The notes: generated by a model not told the origin, from the sequence alone. A DNA stretch of 64,000 nt from Candidatus Peregrinibacteria bacterium (GCA_020429235.1 JAGQLQ010000013.1:8050-72049), one strand, 5' to 3'; shown: positions 38,230-48,076, numbered from the stretch's first letter. A program made the numbers and translations.

Positions 38230-39765
38230 ATGTCAGTCGCAAGAAAAATTCTCATGAATACGGGTGCCCAGATTGGAGCCAAAGCAGTTTTGGCCTTCAT
38301 CGGATTCGCCACTGTTCGCTTCATTACCAACTATCTTGAAGTAGAAGGATACGGATACTACACCGGTGTCTACGACTTCATCGCCTTTTTTGGAATCGCT
38401 TCAGACCTTGGACTCTACACCATCGCCGTCCGCGAAATGGCTCGCGATGAGAAAAATGTCGACAAAATCATCGGAAACGTCCTCACCATCCGCACCATCC
38501 TGGTACTCATCACCATGACGTTGGCCTTTGTTTCAGCCTTTTTTTATCTCCCAACAGACTCAAATTTCTTCCTGCCGGGAGCCGTGGCAATCGGTGCAAC
38601 CGCCACCATTTTTGCACTCCTCACCGGAACCGTTTCTTCCGTTTTGCAGGTGCACTACAAAATGCAGTACAACGCATTCGCATCCGTGGTTGGAAAGGTC
38701 GTCACACTCGCTTACATGGTGTATGTGATCTTCATCTGGAACCCGGGTGTGAGTGAAGCCGGATTCTATCATCTCTTTGTAGCTGGAATTATCGGGAACA
38801 TTTTCCTCTTTGGAATCTCCCTCTATTATGCCAAAAAGTTTGCCAACATTCGTTTCCAGCTGGATTGGAAATTCATGAAAGGAGTGATCGTCAAATCGCT
38901 TCCGTACGGATTGGCACTCATCCTCAACAACCTCTATTTCCGCATCGGATCGCTCATGCTCGTCCGTATGTCAGGACCGGAGCAAACCGCACTTTACGGA
39001 CTTCCACTCCGCGTTTTGGAAGCCATTGCCATCCTGCCGCTCTACTTCATGAACGCGGTCCTTCCAACCCTCACCAAAACACTGAAAGAAAAATCCGAAC
39101 GATACAAACAGGTTATCCAGTACTCTTTCGATGCCCTGGTTATGGGAGGAGTCGCCATGGCAGTCGGAATGTCCGCCATCTCGTATCAGGTCATCTATCT
39201 CCTTTCAAACGAAGACTTCCTTACCAACCCTGCCACAGGCTTTTACGGTGCCGACGTCGCCCTGCAAATTGTTATTTTCGCGCTGGCATTCTCATTTATT
39301 AATACTCTTTTCGGATTCACACTCGTCGCAATCGGAAAGCAGTCAAAACTGCTCTACGTAAACGGAACCGGAGCAGTGCTGGCCATTATTCTCAACCTTT
39401 TCCTTATTCCTGAGCTTGGTGCCCGCGGAGCCGCTATCACCGATATTATTGTCGAAATGTTTGTGGCGCTCGCAGCGTATCTTTTCGCCAAGAAATACCT
39501 CGACTTCAAAATCAGTCTTAAGAATACATTCAAAATCATCGCCGCCGCTGCCGCTATGGGAGCTGCCGTTCACTTTGGCGCAGAGCCAACCTATAACCTC
39601 TTCGGCCTTGGCAATAAAAACATCCTTCTCCTTATCCCACTCGGAGGAATCATCTACATCAGCCTCCTCTTTATCATGAAGGTCATCACTCCGGAAATGA
39701 TCGCCCTCGTCCGTAAGCCAAAGAAAGAGACGCCAAAGACAGAAGGAGATATCGACGGAAATTAA
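38230..39765 (+). CDS. MOP-superfamily flippase (MurJ/Wzx-like)
   Basis: The 511 aa product has about 14 TM helices and an N-terminal pattern typical of polysaccharide/lipid II flippases. Confidence 0.7.
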   Translation: MSVARKILMNTGAQIGAKAVLAFIGFATVRFITNYLEVEGYGYYTGVYDFIAFFGIASDLGLYTIAVREMARDEKNVDKIIGNVLTIRTILVLITMTLAFVSAFFYLPTDSNFFLPGAVAIGATATIFALLTGTVSSVLQVHYKMQYNAFASVVGKVVTLAYMVYVIFIWNPGVSEAGFYHLFVAGIIGNIFLFGISLYYAKKFANIRFQLDWKFMKGVIVKSLPYGLALILNNLYFRIGSLMLVRMSGPEQTALYGLPLRVLEAIAILPLYFMNAVLPTLTKTLKEKSERYKQVIQYSFDALVMGGVAMAVGMSAISYQVIYLLSNEDFLTNPATGFYGADVALQIVIFALAFSFINTLFGFTLVAIGKQSKLLYVNGTGAVLAIILNLFLIPELGARGAAITDIIVEMFVALAAYLFAKKYLDFKISLKNTFKIIAAAAAMGAAVHFGAEPTYNLFGLGNKNILLLIPLGGIIYISLLFIMKVITPEMIALVRKPKKETPKTEGDIDGN

Positions 39766-41060
39766 AAACCTTCAACAATCTCTTTAAAGCGATCGCCGCG
39801 CTCTTTGTAGTTTTTGAACATATCAAAGCTGGCCGCCGCAGGAGAAAGAATCACAAACTCTCCCTCTTGAGCGATGTCCTCAGCCAGATTTACAGCATCC
39901 TCAAAATGCTCACACCGATAAATCTTCACCGGAAACTCTTGCGGTTCAGCCTTTTTCAGCTCCTCTTCCATCTTGTCCGCAGTCACGCCAATCAAAATCA
40001 CAGACTTCACATTTTCACTATTTTGAAGGTCTTTCGCCCATTCTGAATAGTCAGAATTCTTCTCACTTCCACCGCAAATCAAATGGGTTTCACCTTCAAA
40101 CGCGTGTGCGGCAGCGATACACGTTTCCGGAGTGGTAGAAAACGAATCGTTATAAAACTTCACTCCATCCTTTTCACGCACCAACTCTAACCGATGCGGC
40201 AACCCGGCAAACGAATAGAGCACCTTTTGAATAGCCGGAATCGGCACATCAATCCATCGACACACCGCCACCGCAGCCATAACATTTTCCAAATTATGCG
40301 GCCCCGGCAATGCCACCTTCTTGGCCATTCCCACCATCTCACAGGTATTCGGCGTACAGTACAAAATAACCGGACCTTCGGTGTGCACTCCTTCTTTCAA
40401 CGGCAACTTCCGGCTTACCTCCATAACATGGCCTTTGGCCTCCTTTTTAAACTCTTCCGCGTACTCATAATCAGCATTCAAAACCAGCAAATCATCCGCT
40501 CCCTGGCCCCGCGCAATATTCTTTTTCGCATCCCAATATTCCGCTTTATCGGCATGATAGTCTAAATGCTCGCTGGTAGTCATCAGCACCACAGCCACGT
40601 GCGGCGAAACCTCCAAATCCTGCAACTGAAAACTCGACATCTCCAAAACCGTCCATGAATCCTCTTTTAAATCATCCAAAAACTCCAAAGGTGGAGTCCC
40701 AATATTTCCACCCAAATGGGCATCCCGCCCATCCTCTTTCAACATCTCAAAAATCAAAGTCGAAGTCGTTCCCTTTCCCTTCGTTCCTGTCACACCAATC
40801 ACTTTCCCCTTGGCATGCTCCATAAAAAACTTGGTCGCACTCGTCATTTCTCCCTCAAAATCTTTGAATCGATCCAGCTTCACCCCCGGACTCCGAAACA
40901 ACACATCACACTTCTTTGCTTCTTCAAAATCACCTCCTTTTCCCTCCAATTTTTCATCAAAAACCGTCACATTTGAATACCCATGCGCCGACAAATACTT
41001 CTCAACCGCCTGGCCTTCCACACCACTGCCCAAAATACCAATATGCGAATCCTTATTCAT
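39762..41060 (-). CDS. murD: UDP-N-acetylmuramoylalanine--D-glutamate ligase
   Basis: The GVTGTKGKGTTSTL P-loop and Mur ligase middle and C-terminal domains. I moved the start to MNKDSHIGILG. Confidence 0.85.
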   Translation of the reverse strand: MNKDSHIGILGSGVEGQAVEKYLSAHGYSNVTVFDEKLEGKGGDFEEAKKCDVLFRSPGVKLDRFKDFEGEMTSATKFFMEHAKGKVIGVTGTKGKGTTSTLIFEMLKEDGRDAHLGGNIGTPPLEFLDDLKEDSWTVLEMSSFQLQDLEVSPHVAVVLMTTSEHLDYHADKAEYWDAKKNIARGQGADDLLVLNADYEYAEEFKKEAKGHVMEVSRKLPLKEGVHTEGPVILYCTPNTCEMVGMAKKVALPGPHNLENVMAAVAVCRWIDVPIPAIQKVLYSFAGLPHRLELVREKDGVKFYNDSFSTTPETCIAAAHAFEGETHLICGGSEKNSDYSEWAKDLQNSENVKSVILIGVTADKMEEELKKAEPQEFPVKIYRCEHFEDAVNLAEDIAQEGEFVILSPAAASFDMFKNYKERGDRFKEIVEGF

Positions 41061-41267
41061 GAAAAAAATGTAAAAAAGAAAGTGGCAAAAATATACCACC
41101 ATAGACATTTCTAGCATAGCCATGTACACTCAAATCCAATAGGCACAGATGTGCAAGCCTCGACCACGGCTCTAAAGTGTGGTACTATAATCTGACATTT
41201 TTCGTTCGACTGCGGCGTCAGTCAACGACCAATAAACTTTTATATCATAATTCGAAAGAACAAGTTT

Positions 41268-43220
41268 ATGAGTAACAACAAGGGAAGTGGCTCTCAGGAT
41301 AGTCCAAAAAAAGAGAGCAAGCTCGACGCATGGTTGCGCCAAACATTACAAGGCGGCAGCCAGCCTGCTGGAACAAAAACCGAGCATAAAAAAGGTCCAT
41401 CAAAGCCTTCAAACAAGAGAAATTCCGGCAAACCAAAACATCAATCGCGAAACTCTTCGCCAAAATCTTCACAAAAGAACAAGAGTTTTCGCTCAGGAAA
41501 GCGCTTTAAAAAGCAGCCTTTTAACAAGTCTCGTCATTCACATGGCAACTTTAAAGGCAAACTTCGCTGCATTCCAATTGGTGGACTCAACGAAGTCGGG
41601 AAGAACTGTATGGTTCTGGAATACGAGGAAGAGATCATCATCATCGATATGGGATATCAATTCCCGGAAGCCGATCTTCTTGGCGTGGATTACATCATTC
41701 CAGACCTCTCATACTTAAAAGGAAAGGAAAAAAAGATCCGCGGAATCATCTTTACCCACGGCCATCTTGACCACATTGGAGCTGTTTCATACCTGATCCC
41801 GGAACTGGGATTCCCGGAAATGTACGGAGCGCAGCTCACCATGAGCCTTATTCAAAAGCAGATTGAAGAGTTTGGACTGGTCAATCAATCAAAGATTAAT
41901 GTGGTCACCAGTAAAGACACCCTTCAACTGGGACCGTTCAACATTAGTTTCTTTGGAGTGAATCACAGCATCCCGGATTCACTGGGAGTAGTGGTCAAAA
42001 CACCAGCCGGAAACATTGTCCACACCGGTGATTTCAAATTCGATCTCACCCCATCTGGAAACCAAAAACCGGCAGAATTCGACAAAATCAGCGCACTCGC
42101 ACATCAGGACATTTCTGCACTATTCATCGACTCAACCAACGCCCTCAAACCAGGACACACCATCACCGAACAAAAGATCGGTGACTCATTGGAAGAGATC
42201 GTCAAAAACACCAACGGACGTATTATCATTGCATCGTTTTCGTCTCAAATTGGACGTTTACAGCAGATCGTGAACGCAGCCGTGAAGTTCGATCGAAAGA
42301 TCATCCTGAGCGGCCGCAGCCTTATCGACAACTTTGCAATCGCCAGCAAAATTGGATATCTGCGCGTGCCACAAGGTCTCACAACAGATATTTTCCGTGC
42401 GAAAAAAATCCCACCAGAAAAATCAATCGTCCTCACGACGGGTAGTCAGGGAGAGGATTTCGCTGCACTCAGCCGTATGTCTATGGAAGAGCACAGCAAA
42501 ATCAAAATCAAACCAGGCGACACCGTTGTTCTCTCCTCTTCTCCAATTCCAGGAAACGAAAAGGCCGTTACCAAGGTGATTAACAACCTTTCCCGGCTTG
42601 GAGCACGGATTATCAACAACAACATTATGGATGTCCACACCTCTGGACACGCCGCGCAGGAAGACCTCAAGCTCATGATGACGCTGGTCAAACCACGCAA
42701 TGTGGTTCCAATTCACGGTGAATACTTCATGCGCCAAGGTTGCAAAGCTCTGGCCACATCACTCGGCTACTCAGACAGCCAGGGAATCGTTATAGAAAAC
42801 GGCGATGTCCTTGAAATCGAAAACAACGACGCGGTCTACAAAGGTGAAAAAGTCGAAAATAAATACATTATGGTCGACGGACTTGGCGTAGGAGACATCA
42901 GCGCGCAAGTTATTATGGATCGTCAGACACTCGCGGAAAATGGTGTACTCGTCATTATGATGGAAGTCGATGCCAAGAGCCGCAAACCAAAAGGAAAAGT
43001 CGAAGTAATTTCACGCGGATTCATCTACATGAAAGAATCAGATGAATTGGTCAAAACCATTGGTGAAAAAGCCCACGAACACTACCTCAAGCTCCTGAGT
43101 AAGCGCCCGGACGCCAACCGCAACGAGGCCAAAAAGTACCTCCGCGAAAGCCTGGACAGCTTTGTACAGCAAAAAATCGACCGATCACCACTCATCTTAC
43201 CAGTGATCATCGAGAAATAA
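41268..43220 (+). CDS. rnj: Ribonuclease J with ~95 aa basic K/S-rich N-terminal extension
   Basis: Metallo-beta-lactamase motif THGHLDHIG, beta-CASP region and RNase J C-terminal domain. Confidence 0.9.
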   Translation: MSNNKGSGSQDSPKKESKLDAWLRQTLQGGSQPAGTKTEHKKGPSKPSNKRNSGKPKHQSRNSSPKSSQKNKSFRSGKRFKKQPFNKSRHSHGNFKGKLRCIPIGGLNEVGKNCMVLEYEEEIIIIDMGYQFPEADLLGVDYIIPDLSYLKGKEKKIRGIIFTHGHLDHIGAVSYLIPELGFPEMYGAQLTMSLIQKQIEEFGLVNQSKINVVTSKDTLQLGPFNISFFGVNHSIPDSLGVVVKTPAGNIVHTGDFKFDLTPSGNQKPAEFDKISALAHQDISALFIDSTNALKPGHTITEQKIGDSLEEIVKNTNGRIIIASFSSQIGRLQQIVNAAVKFDRKIILSGRSLIDNFAIASKIGYLRVPQGLTTDIFRAKKIPPEKSIVLTTGSQGEDFAALSRMSMEEHSKIKIKPGDTVVLSSSPIPGNEKAVTKVINNLSRLGARIINNNIMDVHTSGHAAQEDLKLMMTLVKPRNVVPIHGEYFMRQGCKALATSLGYSDSQGIVIENGDVLEIENNDAVYKGEKVENKYIMVDGLGVGDISAQVIMDRQTLAENGVLVIMMEVDAKSRKPKGKVEVISRGFIYMKESDELVKTIGEKAHEHYLKLLSKRPDANRNEAKKYLRESLDSFVQQKIDRSPLILPVIIEK

Positions 43221-43240
43221 TCCTCCACACAAAGAAACAC

Positions 43241-43270
43241 AAGGACCATTACCGTAATGGTCCTTTTTCT
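43241..43270 (+). terminator. Rho-independent terminator after rnj
   Basis: AAGGACCATTA-CCG-TAATGGTCCTT followed by TTTCTT. Confidence 0.65.
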
Positions 43271-43308
43271 TATGCGTTGTAAAAAGCGCACAAAAAGATG
43301 GAAAAGTC

Positions 43309-43337
43309 TTGACAAAAAAGCAAAAAGTTACTATTTT
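43309..43337 (+). promoter_or_regulatory. Putative sigma70-type promoter for the FHA-like giant gene
   Basis: TTGACA, a 17-nt spacer, then TATTTT. The first 13 nt are identical to those at 4589. Confidence 0.45.
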
Positions 43338-43368
43338 ACCTCCCTTCAGGAAGAATCATATTTTTGTT

Positions 43369-46300
43369 ATGAATAAGCCAAAAAATCCAGACAGCAGCGA
43401 TATCAGGGATTCAAATGAAGTCGATCCAACTGCCCACACGGAGCATGCAATGCCCGTTATGCCAGAGATCGACGAGAGTATTCCAGAAGATCAAAGAGTG
43501 ACATTGCCGGTCATTTCCCCTGAAGATCTTGGGAAAGTTGGCCATGCCAAAACCGAACATGACATGCATGCCATTGAGCCAACAATAGCTGTAGAAGCCA
43601 TTACCGACCTCAAGGATCTTCCACCGGCAAAAATAGTTTCTATGCCTCCGCCGGCTCCATCAATAGCACCACCATCAATTAGGGTAAGGCAGGATGAAAG
43701 TTTCATCGAAAATTTCGATGTTATTGATAGATCGGTAGCCATAATCACAAATGAAAAAGGATCAGCCACTATTGCCACCATCCCTCTGTTTACCGGATTC
43801 AGCACCAACCACTACGATGGAAATGAAGAGTACGATCCAAAAGCATCATTTTTCACCATCGGAACCGATCCGCTTTGTGATATCCACTTGGAAAAGATCG
43901 ACAATCCTTGCATTCAGCCGCACCACGCGATTATCAAAATCCAGAATGGAAAGGCTTTCATTCGCGGAAAAGAAGGACTGGTAAGGCTCAACGGTGAACC
44001 GGCAATAACATGGCAGGAAGTCGATCCCGAAAAAGACATTGTAAAAATCATTCCAAAACAGGGAAATCATGGCGTAAAAATCATGGAGCCACGATACCTC
44101 AAAATAAATCCACGTCAGGTTCACATTGAGGAAGAAGACCAGAAAGTCATGATCGACACACTGCGAACTCGCGCAACAAATGTCGTAAAAGCAATGAATC
44201 AGGCAATACAAACACTCTTGAAAGATCCAGCGCACAACCCAGAATTAGCAGAAAAAGTTCAGCAGTTGGGAGCACTTCTTCAGGAGCTCATCGATATCGA
44301 CACTGACATAGGATATTGCTGTCTTAAAAGCCACGCCCTCTTCTTCATGCGATATTTCGATATCGCAAAAGAGACAAAGGACCAAATGGAAAACGTCCTC
44401 GCAGAGGTTCGTGGAATAGACGGTATTCGCGCAGAAATCGACGAAAGAACAAAACGCATCGAAGCAATGGAAAAAGCTCACCACAGCAGAGCATGTGAAC
44501 TCTGGGAAGTTGATGACATCCATTTCACACCGGACGAAGACCCACTCAACAAAGAACAGGTACCATACGTTTTCCGCTGTCCGGTCTTTACCATAAAAAA
44601 GAATGGAGGAATGACGTCAAAACCAGTCCCAATGCTCATCCCGGCTATGGATATTGGAACCCATCCGGTGTGTCACATTGAGCTTGATCCATCATCAGAA
44701 TCCAAACCAAACAGCAAGAACCACATTGCCCCATTTGCCGGAAAACTTTTTTATCAATACGAAGGCGGAGAACGGGTTCTGTACTTCCAATATCTCCAGC
44801 CAAACGTTCTCATCAAGAGCACGGAAACATCAGCCAAAAAAGTACCGCCACCAACAGAAACCTTCAGAGTTACCGAAGACATGACTATTCATATTGGAGG
44901 TTACGAACTCAAAGTGGATAACCGGACCCATGGATTTACCTATGGCTCAATCAAAAATGACCTTCTTGGCAGCATCGAAAAGCCAGGAATTATTGATGAA
45001 CTTTTCGAATGCATAGATGATCAGGCAGTCACAACATGGGAACAAGATGACCAGGCTATACGCTACCTTCAAGCGATTATTGAAGGCATTGAACAAAGCA
45101 ATCTCCCGGAAGAAGAAAAGCAGGAGTTCCGCGATAAGTATCAGGAAAAATATGAAAAAATTACCCTAAAACTTATTGGAAAGATTCAGGATGGATGGCG
45201 TGAAGAGGAACCACATGCAGATTCAGGACATTTCCAGACACTGCTTCTTTTTGCTCAGGCAGAAGACGGATTTGCAAGAGAGGCACAATGTATGTACGCG
45301 CCGGACGGGATTCTGAAGTACGAAGCAGAAAGAAGAGTCCATATCTACACCAGGAATCATCATCGCGCTCTTCCAGAAAGCGAAAATACAATACTAGGAA
45401 GATGGAAAAACAGATCTACAAGACAATGGGTAGAACCAGATGTGAATCCAACTGCAGCAGTAGAAGTGGCCCGTTTCCTTGAATTTGGACTCATTGAAGA
45501 CGAGCAAGTGGAAGACCTTGGACGCTTCACAGATCGTATTCAGAAGATTCTCAAAGTTCGCGAACAGTTCAGAAAACTCGACAACGACCACACCAATTTA
45601 GAGGAAATCCTGGAGCTCAGAGATCTCTGCAACAACCTTTCCATGAATGACATTTTTGCTGCCGAAGAGATTGAAACCAGAAACCTTCACATTGAAGTGG
45701 ACATGAAACCCGAAGGAAAAGCCAGAGAGTATGTCCGAAAAATCTGTATTTTTCAGGCAAGAAAAGCCTTTAAGCGACTCAAGGAAAGCAATGACCCGGA
45801 ACACATCCGTGCTGACGAAGCCCTTATTACAGGACTCTGCGTCGTAGGAATCATGCAAAAATTTGAACTCATCGATAACGTAAATGACTTCATTCCTCAG
45901 GATGAAATCGACGCCATCATTAGTCAAAAACGGGAAGAAAACCCAGCCGCAACCGATGAAGAACTAAGAAATCAAATTAAGACTCAGGAGGCCAACGACC
46001 TCATCAGTGAACAGCTCACCAAGGCAGAAGCACTGGAACAGGCCGAAAAAGCACGTGAAAGACTGGAAGAAGACATTAATCAGGCCGTAAAACATGTGGC
46101 AATCATTCAGGATCAAAACATGAATGCCCGCGACAAAAAAGGTATGTCTTTTGAAGAGTTGCAGCAGATGATGCCACTAACAAAAGTGGTTTTTAGTCCG
46201 GGACTCCGAAAAGTCATGGACGACACAACCTATGACCTTCACGTTGATGAAATAGAATACAATGCTGGGAAAGCACGAGCAAAAGCCACTCCAACACGTT

Positions 46301-46800
46301 TAAACTGGCATCGAATCTTTAAACAATGGATAGGCCGCTTTCAAAGCGGACTTCGTCTTGTTGGAAGAAAATCCCTCAGTTCAGGCGAAAACCTGGAAGC
46401 CATGTATCAAATGGTCGATTATGCACTGACACAGGGATACGTTGATCAGGAAGATTTCAATGAAATACATGGGGAACTCCGTCGTGCCGCCAAAGCAAAG
46501 CAATATAAGACGGCAGCTTCTGCAGCAGCAGTGACAAATTTCGATTATCTGGAACAGACTCCTATTCACAAATACAGCACACCACGAGACAAAGATTTTT
46601 ATGAAAGTGTCAAAAATGAAATCACAGCGCAAAAACTTCAGCAGATGATAGATGGATACAGATCAGGGACTGCTAATGAGAAATTTAAGTATCAAATGAA
46701 GATAAAAGAACTTCAAAGAAAAGAGCCAATCGCGACCGACATCCTGAAAAGAATGGATCTAACAGCAAAAGAACGAGACCTTTTACAATTAAGCGCGTAA
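43369..46800 (+). CDS. Giant orphan protein (1143 aa) with two FHA-like segments
   Basis: FFTIGTDPLCDIHL...HHAIIKIQNGKAFIRGKEGLVRLNGEP, plus a second segment MDIGTHPVCHIELD.... The rest is helical with no known motif. I placed the start at the ATG downstream of the promoter. Confidence 0.55.
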   Translation: MNKPKNPDSSDIRDSNEVDPTAHTEHAMPVMPEIDESIPEDQRVTLPVISPEDLGKVGHAKTEHDMHAIEPTIAVEAITDLKDLPPAKIVSMPPPAPSIAPPSIRVRQDESFIENFDVIDRSVAIITNEKGSATIATIPLFTGFSTNHYDGNEEYDPKASFFTIGTDPLCDIHLEKIDNPCIQPHHAIIKIQNGKAFIRGKEGLVRLNGEPAITWQEVDPEKDIVKIIPKQGNHGVKIMEPRYLKINPRQVHIEEEDQKVMIDTLRTRATNVVKAMNQAIQTLLKDPAHNPELAEKVQQLGALLQELIDIDTDIGYCCLKSHALFFMRYFDIAKETKDQMENVLAEVRGIDGIRAEIDERTKRIEAMEKAHHSRACELWEVDDIHFTPDEDPLNKEQVPYVFRCPVFTIKKNGGMTSKPVPMLIPAMDIGTHPVCHIELDPSSESKPNSKNHIAPFAGKLFYQYEGGERVLYFQYLQPNVLIKSTETSAKKVPPPTETFRVTEDMTIHIGGYELKVDNRTHGFTYGSIKNDLLGSIEKPGIIDELFECIDDQAVTTWEQDDQAIRYLQAIIEGIEQSNLPEEEKQEFRDKYQEKYEKITLKLIGKIQDGWREEEPHADSGHFQTLLLFAQAEDGFAREAQCMYAPDGILKYEAERRVHIYTRNHHRALPESENTILGRWKNRSTRQWVEPDVNPTAAVEVARFLEFGLIEDEQVEDLGRFTDRIQKILKVREQFRKLDNDHTNLEEILELRDLCNNLSMNDIFAAEEIETRNLHIEVDMKPEGKAREYVRKICIFQARKAFKRLKESNDPEHIRADEALITGLCVVGIMQKFELIDNVNDFIPQDEIDAIISQKREENPAATDEELRNQIKTQEANDLISEQLTKAEALEQAEKARERLEEDINQAVKHVAIIQDQNMNARDKKGMSFEELQQMMPLTKVVFSPGLRKVMDDTTYDLHVDEIEYNAGKARAKATPTRLNWHRIFKQWIGRFQSGLRLVGRKSLSSGENLEAMYQMVDYALTQGYVDQEDFNEIHGELRRAAKAKQYKTAASAAAVTNFDYLEQTPIHKYSTPRDKDFYESVKNEITAQKLQQMIDGYRSGTANEKFKYQMKIKELQRKEPIATDILKRMDLTAKERDLLQLSA

Positions 46801-46905
46801 TTGAGAACCTCGCCGAAGCTGCCCTTTGGGCATTTTCAGTGAGGCGCTCAAACTCGATCAAATTCAACAAACTCAAAGGGCCTTGTGCCCAGAAAGGATA
46901 GTGAA

Positions 46906-47799
46906 ATGGCTATCACGGAAAACATTGCCAAATGGGAACTGGGCCACCAGGGACTGGATCCCGAAGCGGAGCATCTGAGAGAAGCATTCTCATACATGCC
47001 CAACGAAGGCCTGGCCGATCAAGGGGAATGGGAGGGCTTTCTGAATGCCATCGAAGAAGCTCTCCAGGACAAGGCTGAAGAAGACAACGGCGGAAATCTG
47101 CCGGAGGACTTCACGTTGCCCGACTGGCGCGACTACAGCACGGTCCTGGCCGAGTGCCCGGCGGAGATCAAAAGCGGGGAACCTCCGCTATTGGCTCCAC
47201 CGGACATTCATGTTCCACCACCGCCAGATCTCTTCGGAGGCCCTCCCCCGGGAATAATGGTGGACATGGAGGTAGGTGATGACAACGGTGAGGAGGAGCC
47301 TCCTCCTCCCGAGAACGTGGAGGAGCCGGAGGAGAAGAGCGGGTGGACTCGCTTGGCAGCTCTGGCCACCTTCGCCTGCCTGATCGGATTCGTCGTTTTG
47401 GCCTGGCATCAAGGCTGGTTCTTGGAGTACGACAACAAGGATGACAAGGTCGTCATCAACGATCCAAACGACAAGTCCGAAGAGAAGTCGGAGGCTCCGA
47501 CACCCCCCGTCGATCCACCTCCTGTGGTGGTGGTGACCATCCCAACTGAACCAGAAGAGCACCCCACGCCGACCGACAAAGGCGACAACATCAAAGTCAT
47601 CTGCAACGTCAGCCAGACGCTCGTCAGCGGCTGCAGCAATGTTCCGGAAGACTGCAAAGTCAACCCGGGACTCTGGCCACACATCAGGGCTACTTGCAGT
47701 GGGGAGATCTACTGCTCACAACATGGCGGTCCTGCTGCCGGTGGCCGCGGCAAGAACGCGGAGCTAACGCTCAAGAAGGAGTGGTGCAAGCCTTCCTGA
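46906..47799 (+). CDS. Proline-rich single-pass membrane protein with Cys-rich C-terminal domain, in GC-rich island
   Basis: AGGA-type SD 8 nt upstream of the ATG at 46906, PPPP tracts, one TM helix (LAALATFACLIGFVVLAW) and 7 Cys in the last ~70 aa. Codon usage is strongly GC-shifted relative to neighbours. Confidence 0.5.
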   Translation: MAITENIAKWELGHQGLDPEAEHLREAFSYMPNEGLADQGEWEGFLNAIEEALQDKAEEDNGGNLPEDFTLPDWRDYSTVLAECPAEIKSGEPPLLAPPDIHVPPPPDLFGGPPPGIMVDMEVGDDNGEEEPPPPENVEEPEEKSGWTRLAALATFACLIGFVVLAWHQGWFLEYDNKDDKVVINDPNDKSEEKSEAPTPPVDPPPVVVVTIPTEPEEHPTPTDKGDNIKVICNVSQTLVSGCSNVPEDCKVNPGLWPHIRATCSGEIYCSQHGGPAAGGRGKNAELTLKKEWCKPS

Positions 47800-47877
47800 G
47801 CAACACGATCGAGGCGCGCCCGTACCAACGGGCCCCACCATCCACTAGGACAGTGCGGGCGCCCCTCGGTCAAACCT

Positions 47878-47916
47878 GAACCCCGCGTCGCCACAAGCCA
47901 CGCGGGGTTCTTTCTT
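47878..47916 (+). terminator. Strong rho-independent terminator closing the GC-rich island
   Basis: GAACCCCGCG - 13-nt loop - CGCGGGGTTC followed by TTTCTT. Confidence 0.75.
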
Positions 47917-47962
47917 AAATAAGCAAAAATATCTCCCTCCTATTTGAGCGAGATATTTCAGA

Positions 47963-48056
47963 GTGAATCAGTTGTGCAAATCTCAATGGATCATGATCCA
48001 TTGAAATAAAGGCGAGCGTACATGCTAGCGAGCCTTTACCTTTGCACTTGATTCAC
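47963..48056. repeat. Structured element, copy 2
   Basis: Outer stem GTGAATCA..GTGCAAA / TTTGCAC.TGATTCAC. Hairpin 1 is CAATGGATCATGATCCATTG. Hairpin 2 is AAAGGC-GAGCGTACATGCTAGCGA-GCCTTT. The 18-nt loop is identical to copy 1. Confidence 0.55.
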
Positions 48057-48076
48057 AATGAAATGTCGAGTGATCC

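Noticed and set aside
41186-41267. A hairpin in the rnj 5' leader (CGTTCGACTG...CAGTCAACG) as a regulatory RNA or riboswitch.
   Set aside because: It is a single short imperfect stem with no similarity to any riboswitch class I know. It may be an ordinary 5'-UTR structure and there is not enough evidence to report it.
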